In this document: one piece after another, positions 50,909 to 63,851 of the stretch
Numbering within the stretch: position 1 is the stretch's first letter
How the letters are laid out: each line of letters begins with the position of its first letter
Origin: Microbotryum violaceum
Lineage: Eukaryota
NCBI GenBank assembly: GCA_001244265.2
Contig: CDLV01000015.1
Coordinates: 62,001 to 126,000 of the forward strand
Direction: 5' to 3'
Length of the DNA stretch: 64,000 nucleotides
Translations under genes and position numbers: made by a program
The notes under the pieces: generated by a model
What the model saw: only the letters and a program-made list of their open reading frames with translations
Databases searched by the model: none
Told to the model about the DNA's origin: nothing

Positions 50909-53900
50909 ATGGACCTGTCGTCGTTGTCAGCGCAGATCGCTTCGGCATGCCAGTGCGCTCTCTCGCCCTCCTCAGCACCGGCGCAACGCCAAGAGGCCTA
51001 CACGTTCCTGCAACGGGTGCGTGAGGCTCATGGAGAGACTTGGCAGGCATGCTTGGCTTTGTTTCTGGAACGTCATGATGGTGCGGGTGGTCAGACGGGC
51101 TACAAGTGGGACGGCGATGCGAGGATGTTTGGGGTGCAGGTCGTTGGGGAAAGGTCGGTCCTTATTTACTTTGCTTGGTGGTTCAGTGCATCTGCTTGTT
51201 TCGTTTCATTCCGGTGTATCCGAGTTGGGCTACTCCGGTGGGTGCAGGAGGTGCTCGGTCGCTGGTTGTTGTCGTCGTCACCCACTTCGCAGCGCACCCT
51301 ACCCTGCCCGACCGCGCTCGCCCACTCCACCGAGAGGGGCTAGCTAGCCATCGTGTTTTGGCCTCAATCATCCGGAACCAACATGGGTATCGCCACCTCG
51401 CCGCTGGGTCCCGCTCCACTCGAACGTGACATCGACGAGCACGAGTGCGCTCCCGGAAGCTGCAGAACAGCTGCATAACTGACGTCGCGTGACCCGCGCC
51501 CCTCGAGTGCAGTCTGCCGCATCTCTCCGCCGAGGCACTCGCATTCGTACAGCAGTCACTCGTCGAATACTTTCAGCAAGAGTACATCACCTACGGAAAA
51601 GCAGAGAACGGTGTCGCGTGTGAGTACTTGTCTCCGTCTGTCCACCTCGGGCCCAGTGACTGAACCTGCTCGTTACCCCCACTTTGCCCTCTTCCTTCAC
51701 CATCGCACAGATCTCAAGAACGCCTCGGTCCACCTCATCACCGTTCTATTCGTGCATACCTATCCGCAGCAGTTCTCGTCCTTCTTCTCGACCTTTCTCA
51801 ACCTGCTGCGCCTGTACTCGCCGAGTCACCAGCCCGCGCCGACGACCCCCCCTCCGCTCAACCCCTTGACGGCCGACCTCCTCCTACGCCTACTACACGA
51901 CGTTTCGGACGAGATCTCGGATGCCCAGTTGCGACTCAACAAGCTCCCGCATCGTTTGGCTAAAGACACCGAGCTACGAGACGCCGTGCGCGAACACGAC
52001 GCCCCCGCGATCGCTTCGTCAATCTGGGAGATCATCTCCGAGTCCCTCGATGGCATCTCGACCCCTTCCTCCTCCTCGACGACCCTCGACGACCTTGTCG
52101 GGCTCAAGGGCAAACGAGCAAGAGACATCCTCGAGATGGCGATGAGAGTCGTCGGTGACTACGTCTCGTGGATCGACATCAACCTCATCGTCACCCCTTC
52201 GACAATCGCACTTCTCCTTCGAGCGCTCAACTTGCCCTCGACATCCGAAGCTCTCTCGATTCGTACAGCGGCCGCGGATGCTTTGCTCGAGACCATCTCG
52301 AAAGGGATGCCCCCGGGGGACAAGCTTGCTCTACTCTCGGTTCTCGACATTGCTTCTGTTCTCGGTCGCTTGGTGGAAGAGAGAGATGCGAGCATGTTGC
52401 AGCTTGCGAACGGCAAGGCGGCGGCTGGCGCACCGAGTGACGACGAGATGGATGCCTTTGCGGAAAAGTTCGCCAAGTTGCTGAATGGGGTTGGGTGCGA
52501 GTTGTGCAAGATCTGTGAGGATGTGAGTCGGAAAGGTCGTCTTCGAGAGGGTATACTCTCGGGTGAGCTCATATCGCGATACTCTAATCCAGAACAATGC
52601 TTCGAATGAGGCCAAGTCAGCTGCATCGGTATCGACAAGCTCAATATTCCCGCTACTGCTCCGGCTACTGACGGACCAAAACGATCAGGTTGCCATGGCC
52701 ATCATGCCCTTCACCCATACCTTGCTCTCGCGCTACAAGAAGGACAAAAAAAGGAGTCAAAACGTGCCGCTTGACGCGGAACGAAGTGCCTTTCTGACAG
52801 CTCTGCTCAAGGCTGCGATCGTCAAGATGCAGTACAAGCCCGATGACGAATGGATGCTTTCGAAGGATGGAGAGGAGGATGATGAAGAGCTCGCGTTCCT
52901 CGACCTGCGCAAGAACCTACGTCAGATCGGCGATGCGATCGCCATTTTGGACCCACAGCTCTACTCGGAGGTCGTCCAATCGACGATCGTGCCGACGATA
53001 GAAGCGTTCGAACAAGGTGCGACTCTACCCTGGCAGCGACTCGAGTTGAGCCTGTACCTCCTATACGGATTCGGGCAAGCCATCCTCGTCACCGGTCCTT
53101 TGGCGTTCTCCGTCGTGCCTCAAGGTGAGCTCGATCGAGCCAAGAAGGAAGCCGAGTACCGTGTCGACTACACCGCCTTCCCTCTCTCTACCCTCGGTGA
53201 ACTCTTGCTCCGAGCATGCCGAGCCAATGTTGTCGAGTTCCCTCACCCCTCCGTCGCCCTCCAATTCTTTGAGATCACCGTCCGCTATTCCGACTTCTTC
53301 AGGCTCTGCCCCGAGTTCATCGGTCGCATCTTGCCAAGCTTCTTGGATGAGCATGGACTGCACCAGACGGACGAGACGATCCAGGCGAGGATGTTTTACC
53401 TGTTTTCGAGGTTTATCCATCAGGCGAAGCATATTGTTCAGACGAGAGTGTCGGGACAGGTCATTCAGGAGATCTTGTCGAGGATGCAGGTGAGCAGTCG
53501 TTTGAGATGTCAGGTGTGAGCTGTGTACAATAATCCACTCTCTTCCGGCCGTCACAGGACTTGTTGACGATCAATGCCGAGTTGGACGCGTCAGATGCAT
53601 CGGTCGAAGGGTTGGTCAAGGCCGCTTCGACGACGACCTTTTTCGATGCTCAGCTTTATTTGCTTGAATCGATCGGGACACTCATCTGGATTCTCAACCA
53701 GATGCCCGACGAGCAGGTAACCCTCCTTCGAGCCGTTCTCACGCCGCTGTTGTCAGAGTTGCAAGCGAACGTGCGACCTACGGCTTCGAGTGCAGCTGAT
53801 TACGCGTCCGTGCTAAAGGCGCATCATCTCATCATGGCGACTGGCAATGTCGCCAAGGGTTTCCCCGATGCGACGAACTTGAAGGTCACACCTACGGCCA

Positions 53901-55132
53901 CTCCGAGTGGTAGCAGTCCTAGATCGTCCGGCCCATCAGCAAACATCAGTGCGGCGATGGCTCGTTCCACCTCGGGCGTTTGGGTCGAGGTCTTCAAGGA
54001 AGCGACCGAGTCGATGCTCGCGGCCGCCAAGTCCATGTCCTCCTTCGTCGTCATCCGTGACGCCGTACGCTTCTCCTTCAATCGTATTGTCGCGACGACC
54101 GGACCAGCAGTCTTGCACCTGATCCCAACGTTGATCGACGTCCTGCTCGGTGAGATCACCTTCCCCGAACTGGCCGAGTTGCTAAGTTTCGTCGGACTCT
54201 TGGTCGCAAAGTACAAGACTTCGATCCTCGAAGTGTTGGACACGCTCTTGTTGCCCGTCTTCAATCGCGTCTTCCATTTCCTCAAACAACCGATCACGGG
54301 CACGGACGATGAGATTCAACATGCGACGTTGAGGAGGGCGTACTTTAACTTCATCCTCTCCATTACGTCGTCGAATTTGCAGCAGGTGTTCTACTCTGAG
54401 AGTGAGTCAATTTGATTGTTTGCATGAAGAGGCGACTCGCTAAACACCCTCCTCTTGCTACAGAGAACCAATCCTCCCTCTCGTCGATTCTCTCCTCAGT
54501 GACGCACTACATCGCCCTCGACAACGCCCAGATTTCGGATCAACGTTTCGGCTTCATCGTGCTCAACAAACTCCTCTCCCTCTGGGTCGTATCCCCCCCA
54601 GTCCCAGCTACGAACGCCTCCTCCGGTCAACCCAATACCGCCGTTCTCGTCATGGAAGAATCCCCTGTCCCCGGTTTCGAAACATTCCTCTACAGCTCCG
54701 CGATCCCCATGTGTCTCCAAGTCCCCCTCCGACCCAACTTTGACCTCCTCGATGCCCAATCGTTCCAGATGATGGGTGAGATCGCGAGCTTATTGAAAGG
54801 CTTGTACCTCAAAAGAGGTGACGAGTTCACGCAGTTCATGATGGGAGAGTATTTGCCGACGACGAATGGGTGGTGGCCTCAGGGCGCAGCGGAGGAGATC
54901 TTAAATGAGATCACGAACGCGACCGAGTAAGTAGTGCTTTCTCATCTGGGGGGTTGGATGGATCAATATCGAGTTGGTCAGGGTAGGGCGCTCCTGACGC
55001 CCTTCTTCCCTGAATAACAGTGGTAAAGCACTCAAAAAACCGCTCTGCGAATGGGTTAGGAAGATGCGTCGCGCCCTTGCGCAAGCGCGCCAGGAAGTCG
55101 CCGCCAACAACAACAACAATGCCGAGGCCTGA
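50909..55132 (+). CDS. LOS1: Exportin-T (tRNA nuclear export receptor), multi-exon
   Basis: DEISDAQL..KDTELRDAVRE, YVSWIDINLIV, FLDLRKNL, WQRLELSLYLLYGFG, FFEITVRYSDFF, YLFSRF, QLYLLESIGTL, PITGTDD..LRRAYFNF and FDLLDAQS. Confidence 0.93.
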
Positions 55133-55520
55133 ACGGGATAGTAAACACCCCGATTCAAATGACACAACTCTTGCATGATAATGAAACCCTCGCAGAAACG
55201 TGAATCCCTCGGATGAAATGCCAAGCATCGAACTCTAGCATCAATCGCTTTCGATCGTGGCTTGAGGGACACGAATTTGACAGATGGGTGCTCTGAGATC
55301 GAAGTGAGAGCCTCAGTTTCGATCTCGACAGAAGCGCAAAACCCAACATCGTCCACAACATTCTGTATTTTCCATTAATAAAAGGAACAACCCGCCGCTA
55401 GAAGTCCACCTGTTGAACACCTGATACACCGAGAAAAGCTACATACATAGCCTTGCTAATTCGTACACACACTTCGTCGTGATCCTTCGTCGAGACACCC
55501 TTCACGTTCCTACGCCTGAT

Positions 55521-58289
55521 TCATTCTTCCTCTTCCTCCTCTTCGGTGCCTTCGTCGATTCCACCCAACTCGTCCTCCTTGAGAGGCGCGACGCCCGAAG
55601 TGAGTTGGAAAGGCACGACCCCTAAATTGACCGCCGTGCGAGAAGAGAACTAAGTCAGTCAAGCGACCCACAATTGGTCCAGTCGTTAATTTTGCCCAAC
55701 GGACTGACCAATATAATAATCCACATCATCCTTATCGATCCTCACACTAACCGAGATTGTATACTCCCTCTCGACATTCGCCGTCTTGAAACTCGGCACC
55801 AGTTCAGCAACGTTTTCAAAAAAGTTCGCTTGCGCGTTGCGGAGATCGAATGGGATGCGGAGCTTGTAGCGGTTCTGAAAGGGGGTGAAGGGGGTATGGG
55901 ATAGGGAGGGATCGGATTCTTGAGCTGACGCGGAGGTGGAGGCGGAAGAGACGGTGGAGGCGTTGGATGGGGCTCGGGCGAGGGTGCTGGAGAGACAGGA
56001 GGCGAGGGGAAGGTCGAGGGGGACTTTGAGACGGCTGTGGGAGGGACCGTGAGGAGAGCCTCTTGTCAGTGCTTGCTTTGACACACTTGAGGTATGTAAG
56101 ATAGCTAACTCACCGTAATGGTGTGACTTCTTTGCGAACTTTTCCGTTCCCACCTGCGCAGAACCGTTCGATCAAAGGTTGAGTTTCCAAATCCTTAGAG
56201 GCATCACGAGTTGGTCCACGTACCTTTGGTCCACGAATAGTAATCGACAGCCAGGTTGACATGTTTGATCGTTGGAAGATCATTTTTGGACCCAAACGTT
56301 GAGCTACCAAAGAAGGAGCGTGTCCGCGCTTGTTGGTAGCTGATGAAGAGGTTGAGCGAGCCGCGCAGATTCTGTTCGGTGGGAAGCAAAGTGCTCGGCC
56401 AGCAATTCAGTCGGCTGACGATTAAAAGGAGGATGGGGACTCACCGTGCGTGGTAGGTAAAAGGGTTTGTGTGTAACAAGCTGTAAATATGCAAGTGACA
56501 TACGATGATTGGTCAGCAAGGCCCCAGACCACAAGCCCACCTCCCAACTCACCTCGATACTAAGCGTGCCATAGAGCCCGCCCATCCTACTCCTCATCTC
56601 AATCGTCTTTAACCACCTTGCCCTCCTCGCATCCCCCTCCCCATCAATCCTCTTGCCCGCATGATGCCTCAAAGCCTTCCTCTCGTTCTCCGCGATCGAA
56701 GGCATGACCTCATCGCCTAGATCGTGGTTGAAGAACCTCGCGTCGGAGTTCATGACGGGGTAAACTTGACGTTGCACGATGCGCGAGGGTTTGGAGAGGA
56801 GGAATCCTCGGGTGTCAATGACTGGGTTAAGGACGTCTTCTTCGAAGGAGGAGGTGTCCGAGTCTTGGTCTGGTTGAGGATCGAATTGCGACATCTTCAG
56901 GTGGTCCGGATTTGTCACTCCGTTCGTATCAAAAATTGCCGAGCCGGGTAAAGAGACGGAGGTGACTGAACCCAGTGCCTCCATCGAAGTTCTTTTGGGT
57001 GTCGTGGGTACGCTCGAGTAAGGACTGGTGAGACTACTCAACCGGAGATCGCAAATGGCCTCGCATACCCATTCGACACTCGCATCGCTCGCATCTCTGC
57101 AAGTTGGTGGCGCAGGCCGAGGAACCCGATGCTGTGACCTCGAAGCGCCGCGGTGTCGGTTCCATTCATCGTACGAAACATCGAGGGGTAACATGACGCG
57201 GAAGGGTAAAACAAGTTCGTCGGAGTTGTCAATAATGGACGGGATCGAATGGGCGGGCAAGCGATGGAACGACGGCGCTCCTTTCGACCTCGACTTCTTG
57301 GACTTGCGCACAGAACCTGTCGAGGAACTGTTGGGGCCCCCATTCGCCAAAGCGGAATTCAAGAGGACGGGATCAACGATGGCTTGTTGCTGTAACCGAC
57401 CATTCGAGACCAGCGAAATTTCTGAAAACACTGCCCGGGCCCATTCGTGATCCAGCGACCAGTGACACTCCTCGGCGGTGCTCGAGCTCTTCTTCTTGGG
57501 CTTCTTAGAGTTCTTGTCCGACTCAGCAGGCTTCTTCGTCGACTTTTTGCCATCGGGTGAGACGATCTTCTGAAGCGGATTGCTAACGAGTTGTTTCGTT
57601 CCTTGTTCCAGCGTCGCCTTTTGCAAACTCTGGCGCAGTTCCTGTTCAACCGCCGTCTCGGACGTCGCATTCTTCGCCGACGAAGCCATCGCCGTCGTGG
57701 TGGCCGAAGATCCATTCCCATGACTCGACGACTTGACGATGTTGGGATCGACCAAACTCCAATACAACGACCTCGACTCCGTATAGAACCTAATTGATAG
57801 ACTCTTGATCAGCGACACCAACGGCGCTCTCGGGGTTTGGACCCCCGAAAAATCCGCCGCATCTCCGCCCTCTTCATCGATCCTCGCCCCCGCAGTAGTG
57901 ACGGGCAGGCGCGGTCGACTGATGCGCACGATGCCTTTGAGCGTTTCGGACGTCACGTGGTGGGTACGGTTCCCCGTGGGTCGGTAGACCTCGATCGTGA
58001 TCGTCAGACCGGACTCATGAGGTGTAGGAACGGTCAATGCCGTGACAGGGAAAGGGGAAGGGGTAGCAGGTTGCACCATGTTGGAGGAGGCCGTCGTCCC
58101 ACTGGCAACGCCGGCGTCGGTGGCTCCGTTGAGATATGGGGTCGAGCCCGACGACGATGAGTTCGGGGTCAACGAAGCGCCTTTCAACGACAAGAACCCA
58201 TGTTGATGATGATGCTGTTGGTCAGTCGTCGTCGAACTCGCACTGGCCCTCGCCAGGTCCTGAGCATGCGACCTCAGTTGCATACTCAT
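55521..58289 (-). CDS. Hypothetical protein, possibly arrestin-fold, multi-exon
   Basis: 661-aa exon plus downstream exons; beta-rich motifs LKGIVRI, LSIRFY, LVLPFRVMLP, ASVEWVCEAI and LVPSFKTANVEREYTISVSV resemble alpha-arrestin N/C domains. Confidence 0.6.
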
Positions 58290-58752
58290 GCTTGTCGTCG
58301 TAGTCGGAGTTCGCTCCGAAAGTGTCCGGAAAGGAAGGGGGAGCGACCGAGTCGAGATCGAGGGATGCTCCCTCTCCGCTTCTGTTTCGTCTTGTTTCGT
58401 CCGCGGGTGGTCGATTTAATTGACCGGTGGGGCAAGAGCTCTGTTCTTGTCTGCCACTGCACCTCCGGGGTAATCAACCCATATCGAACGGTTGAGCTTT
58501 TGACTAGGCAGCTTTTTCGGGCTACAGCAAGACAAGAGGTTTAGACTGGAGGCAGACAGTAGGCTAGATCCCATCTCCTCAGCTCGTCTGGAATGTTCAT
58601 CGCATCTCCTGAGCCCTCATATCCGTAGCCTTGACCGAACGCGCGAGGAGCAGGTCATCTCGGCGAACACTTCCAAGAGATTTATCAAGACCATGAAGAT
58701 CCCTGAAAATCCACTAATCATTCCAGAAATACAGGCCCGAAAATTTGCACAC

Positions 58753-60919
58753 CTAAACATAACTCGTCGATTCCATCCTCAACGCAGGGCTCGGTGGGGG
58801 TTTCCACGGACTCGACGGGATCGGGTACGCCTGCCCCTGACCTTGATCCTGCTCATCCTCATCGCCGCCTCCATCTCCCCGCTCGTTTCTCTTACCCGCC
58901 CTCCAATCCTGTCCCCCTCTCCCACTGTTCGACCACTCCGTCCTGACATTCAACCCTCCCCCCGCATTCGCTCTTGCCGCCAAAGCCCTAGCCATGAAAT
59001 GACCTCCGCCATCCCCAGGTCCTCTATCCTCCTCCTCAAGCTCGTGCCCACGTTCCTCCTCCTCTGGCCTCTCCGCGCCATACATCCTCTTCGCTTGAAC
59101 GGAAAAATCCCCCTCGTCTTCGCCTTCATCCTCTTCATGCGAAATGGGGATAATCTGTACCCCTTCCGTCGCATACGACCCATACCTCTCATCGTATCGC
59201 TCAACCTGGTCCTCCCCTTCCGCATCCTCCTCCTCGTCGTCCTCACCATCCTCGAGTCCACTCTCCTCCTCACTCCCAAAAGCCTTCGGAACGGGGATCG
59301 TCGGCGTCTCGACGAGGGTCTCCCTCCCCCTCGTCGTCGAAGGAGGAGGTGAAAGATCCGAATACGTCGTCGACGCGACCGAGTCCTGTGGTTGATGGGC
59401 CGTCCCTCCTCCACCACCACTCATGTTCAATTGGGTATGTTGTAAGCCACCATTGGAAGAGGGATAGATACTCTTCATTAACGCAGGGTTCGCCTGGGCT
59501 CGAGGAGGTGGAGGAGCATAACGATTGGGCGAGATGGGATGAGCGTTCCTCCCTCCCGGACTCGTGAGTGAGGTCGATATAGTCGATTGAGGTGTCGGAG
59601 GAGAGGAGAGAAATCCGATTCCGGCCATCCCATGACTCGTCGGCATGTCCCCCTCACCCACCACCGCATCGTTCGTTGATCTTCCTCGTGCGTGATCTTG
59701 TGGTTTGGGGATCCGATGCAGGAGGCCGTATCCTACGCCGCAGCCGAGAAGACCTTCGCCGCCCCAGGATCGATTGGGGATCAGGATCGTTTCGCGCGTG
59801 ACGTCGTAGTCAGCGTTGTAGACAAAGAGCCGGAGGGGCTTGTCGACGTGCTAGAGGTGGGATGTCCCAAGAGGGGTAGAATCAGCGACGCTGCTCTGCT
59901 TCAGCGGGAGGAAACAAGGGGAGACTAACCGCTTCGACGACATCATAAAAGTCGCCTTCACCTCGGAGGATCCCCCCAGAGTACGCGATGATCCAATCGC
60001 CGAACGGGACAAGACCTGAGGAAAGCACGCATCAGTAATGGTTAAGCACAGACCTGAATCAGGGGTTATCGCGGACTGACCAGCACTTTGCGCCGGACTG
60101 CCTTCGAGGATCTCCAACACATGCCAGACCTAGAGCGACCCGACCCAGCAAAGGACATCAGCTTCCTCCCAACACACGAGCTCCCTGACGAGCATCCTTT
60201 CTCTTATCTCACCTGGTCCAAAGCATGCTGCGGATCACACAATCTCAAAGATAAGCCCAACAATGAAGCCCCCCCTTCCCCACCTTCCCCATCCGCGTTG
60301 CCACCCTTGCTACCCGATCTGTTCAAGTTCAATGACCAAGCTCTTGAAGGAACGATGGGAACATCTTTTGAACCATTCACAAAGCAGTAAAGTGCTCGAA
60401 TCAGTTGATCAGCCCCCACCGGAAACAGGATCCTCTTCTGGCCCCTCGTCGCGCCGACTGACCTCTTAGCTCCTTTCGTTTGGTACTATAAAGTTGTAAC
60501 GAGATCTGACGTTCTTCAAATTGCTGCGACATGCGCATTAATAGATCGATATCATCGCCCTGTGCATCATGACCCAAAGTACCACTCGAGTAAGTCAGCA
60601 TTCCACGTGCTCGACCACCAACCGATTACGTTCAACTTTGCGCCGTTCCCTATCAAACACCCCCCGCCCCAACACCGGAGCTAGCCTCCAGCTGAAAGTA
60701 TCTTACCAATGGTCTCCCATTGACCCCAACCACAAAATCAAAGAACGGTTCGACCCCACTCTCGTCCGCCGGTGACCTCTCCGCAACGCGCAAGACGTGG
60801 AACGCGAGGCCGACTTGGGCGATCGTCGCGTTCTGAGGCGCGTAACGCGAGGTGGGGAGGGAGGGGGAGGGGAGAGAAGGGTCTTGATCTTCGGAAGGTT
60901 GCGATTCGGCTTGACCCAT
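58753..60919 (-). CDS. GRH1: Golgi reassembly-stacking protein GRASP55/65, multi-exon
   Basis: [61 protein letters not shown] and [13 protein letters not shown]. Confidence 0.92.
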
Positions 60920-61200
60920 GGTTTGGAGGAGGTGGAGTGGAGGGGGCAGACAGGGGTCAGGAGCGAGCCTGGGCAGGGTGGGGGGCGGGAAGCAAGACGA
61001 CCCCGCGCGGAAGCGGTTGACGCGCGCGCCTGTGATGGTGCTCTATTTTGCTCGGACCTATTCAAACTACCAGATTCCTCCTAGATCGCAGCGGCAATAG
61101 CATATCCACAACAAAGATTTATCAAGTCGACAATACACAGAAAACAACACACACCGAAGACAACCATCACCGTCCCCTATTTCCGCCACGTCCCCCAAAC

Positions 61201-63114
61201 TCACAACCAATAATCCTCTTGACTCTTTACCAAACCGGGGGCTCTCTTCTGCCAAACGCCTTCGATCCCCATGTCTTTCTTGCCATCATCCTTGACCACG
61301 ATCACCGGATCACCTTCGAAAGAACCTAGTACGTCTTCGGGATTGGTAGAAGGTGGATTGCGGAATATGACGGATTCGGCGAAACCGAGGGTGAGGTGGA
61401 TTGCGGCCGGGTTGGGGTGGTAGGTCTGTATGATGGGTGAGCGAGACATAGGCAAGATATTATTAGTTGAGCTTGAATCAATATCCCAAAAGCGATACAC
61501 GTACCTCGAACGACGAAGCCTCTTCCCCAGCGACCAATTTTGCAATATTATTGGCGACGATCGTCGCTTGCGCGATTCCCGGTCGGGCGGCTTTGGGTGC
61601 ACCTGCATAACAAAGTACCAGAAAAGAAGACTCTAGGTTGAGTAAAGTCTTCGCCCCCATACATAATTCGGCTCCACACCAGCGATGTCTTCCCTCAACT
61701 CACCCGAATCCGCAATATCCCCCACCGCGAATATCCTCCCCGCTACTTTTTTGACCTCTTCATCCTCCACTCCTTGAGCATCCACTTGCAAAGCCGAAGT
61801 AACGCGGACGTATTTGCTCGGTGTCAGAGTCGAAGGGGCGAAGGAGGCGAGGTAAGCCGAGTTGGGGGTTTGGCCAGTGGATTCGATCTGGGAGGACAGG
61901 GGAATGAAGGATCAGTCTCGGTTGCGCGGAATCACTACACTGTGGGACCCACGTCCTGTCGGGATAACACACCACATAATCCGCCTTCACTTCATCCCCA
62001 TTCTGCGTTCTCACAACTTGATTTTGCTCTCTCCCTTGTACATTGAACCCTTCAGCAGGAATGACCGCCCTCGATCCCAATACGGTCGTGATCCCCAACT
62101 CTTGAAAGCGCTTCATCACCAACCCGTGTAATTGGGGATGGAAGCGCGGCATCAAAGTGCGGGATTGGACTACGGTGATGGATTTTTCGGGGTAGAGGAT
62201 CGCGAGGTCCGTGGCCATTTCTTGGGATTCGGACGGTTAAAAAAGGCGGAGGTCACGTGCACCGGGCAAGTGGGAGGGTTGGGGCCGGGAGGGCAGGTCA
62301 GCAAAATAAATACCATCGGTCCACACCGTTCTCGGGAATTAACGCCATCAATTAAAAAGATCAACTCACGAACTCCCACAGCTCCTCCGCCGAGAATGAC
62401 CAGATCGTGGGCCTTCTTCAGCTCCTCCTGCACGCCTTGAAGGTACTTGACCCCTTCCGGCATTGTCCCAGGCGGTGTCAACTTGGTCCCGCTCGCCAAC
62501 ACCAGCGCCTCGAAGGGTAGCTCCGTAACCTTTTTCCCGTCGAGTTGGACGGGTCGATCGAGCAGGAGCGAGGAATGAGGGGTGATGCTCTCTACGATTG
62601 CTCGGAGGAGGAGGTGGGGGGAGGGCAGGCTAAGGGGGATGAAGGCTTTGTGCTCGTGCGAGGGGACGATGGCGAAGGGAGGGAAGCTAGAATAAACGAA
62701 TAAGATGCATTTCAGTTCACTCGTATACGGACAGAAGACCCCACCGGTCGAGGAGATCCCGCCAATCGTTCTCGGGGCCGAAGTGGGCGTTCGCACGACT
62801 TACGCGAAGAGATGAGAGAAATGCGATTGTTTTTCAACGACAACAACCCTATAACTATCCTTCTTCTGCTCCTCTCCATCCAACTTGGTTATCAATTCCT
62901 TCGCGGCCATCATACCGACATAACTTGCGCCGACGACGACAATGTTCTTGAATCCCGTCGGAGTTCTGTGGACCGTGCCTGAGGACGAAGCCGAGGTGGA
63001 AGAGGAAGACCTGTGTTGTACGATCTGACCCAGTCGAGCTCGAGCGAACAGTGATGTAGAAGCCAGTGCGATGATTAGGATGGAGAAGGGAAGGAGAAAA
63101 GAGCGGAAGCGCAT
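61201..63114 (-). CDS. AMID/AIFM2-like FAD-dependent NAD(P)H oxidoreductase, multi-exon
   Basis: NIVVVGASYVG (FAD), LVLASGT, LVILGGGAVG (NAD), IFAVGDIA, KAARPG..QA..VANNI and IHLTLG; hydrophobic N-terminus. Confidence 0.9.
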
Positions 63115-63851
63115 ACGATGAAGAAGGGAGGAGAGCAGCACAGCTGAGTCGACGTTTTTAGTTCGTTTTTCGGAGATGCTCGAAATGCGCGACTTTTGCC
63201 CTGCGTGAGTGACTCGCGCACTGCAAGGCTAATTCCATCCTGACTCCTTGAGCTCACTTTTAGAGGTCGCCGATTAATGATGGTTCATTGGTGACTCGAT
63301 CCAATATTGAATGGACTCGTTCGAGTGAAACTCCGACAAAGGAGCTCGTTCGCCAGAGTGAGACAGAACACACCCCTGGGCTCGCGATCGGATCATCGGC
63401 CCCTTTTCAAAAATGCTGGTGAGTCGTACCTAAAACCCCTCGCGACGAATGATCCTTGCTCGTCAAGACGCGCCTGACCGTCCATCTCCTCGTCGGAGGC
63501 GTCCAGGAGCATATCGAATGCTGTGGCGTGTGTGCCTTTCCGTAAGATGACACTGGCGAGACACCCGCAACTTGGCCAGTCGATGTGAGACCCTGCGAAG
63601 GGTCTCCTACCTCGCGCCTGAACTGCGGCCTTCACCCATCTCTCGGTGAGCGGTCATAGTCCGGTCCGAATCAATTAAATTTCACAACGATACTAATAGC
63701 TAAGTATACAACAGAGGAGAAAGCGTGGGACCAAAGAGGACAGGTAATAGCTGCAATGCTATTAGTCGTCAGAGTGCGAGAGCGTCCGTTGTTTGCTGGA
63801 GAATAGATGCTGGAAATATTGGGTATACGGCAGGAGCGTCTTTATGTTGAG

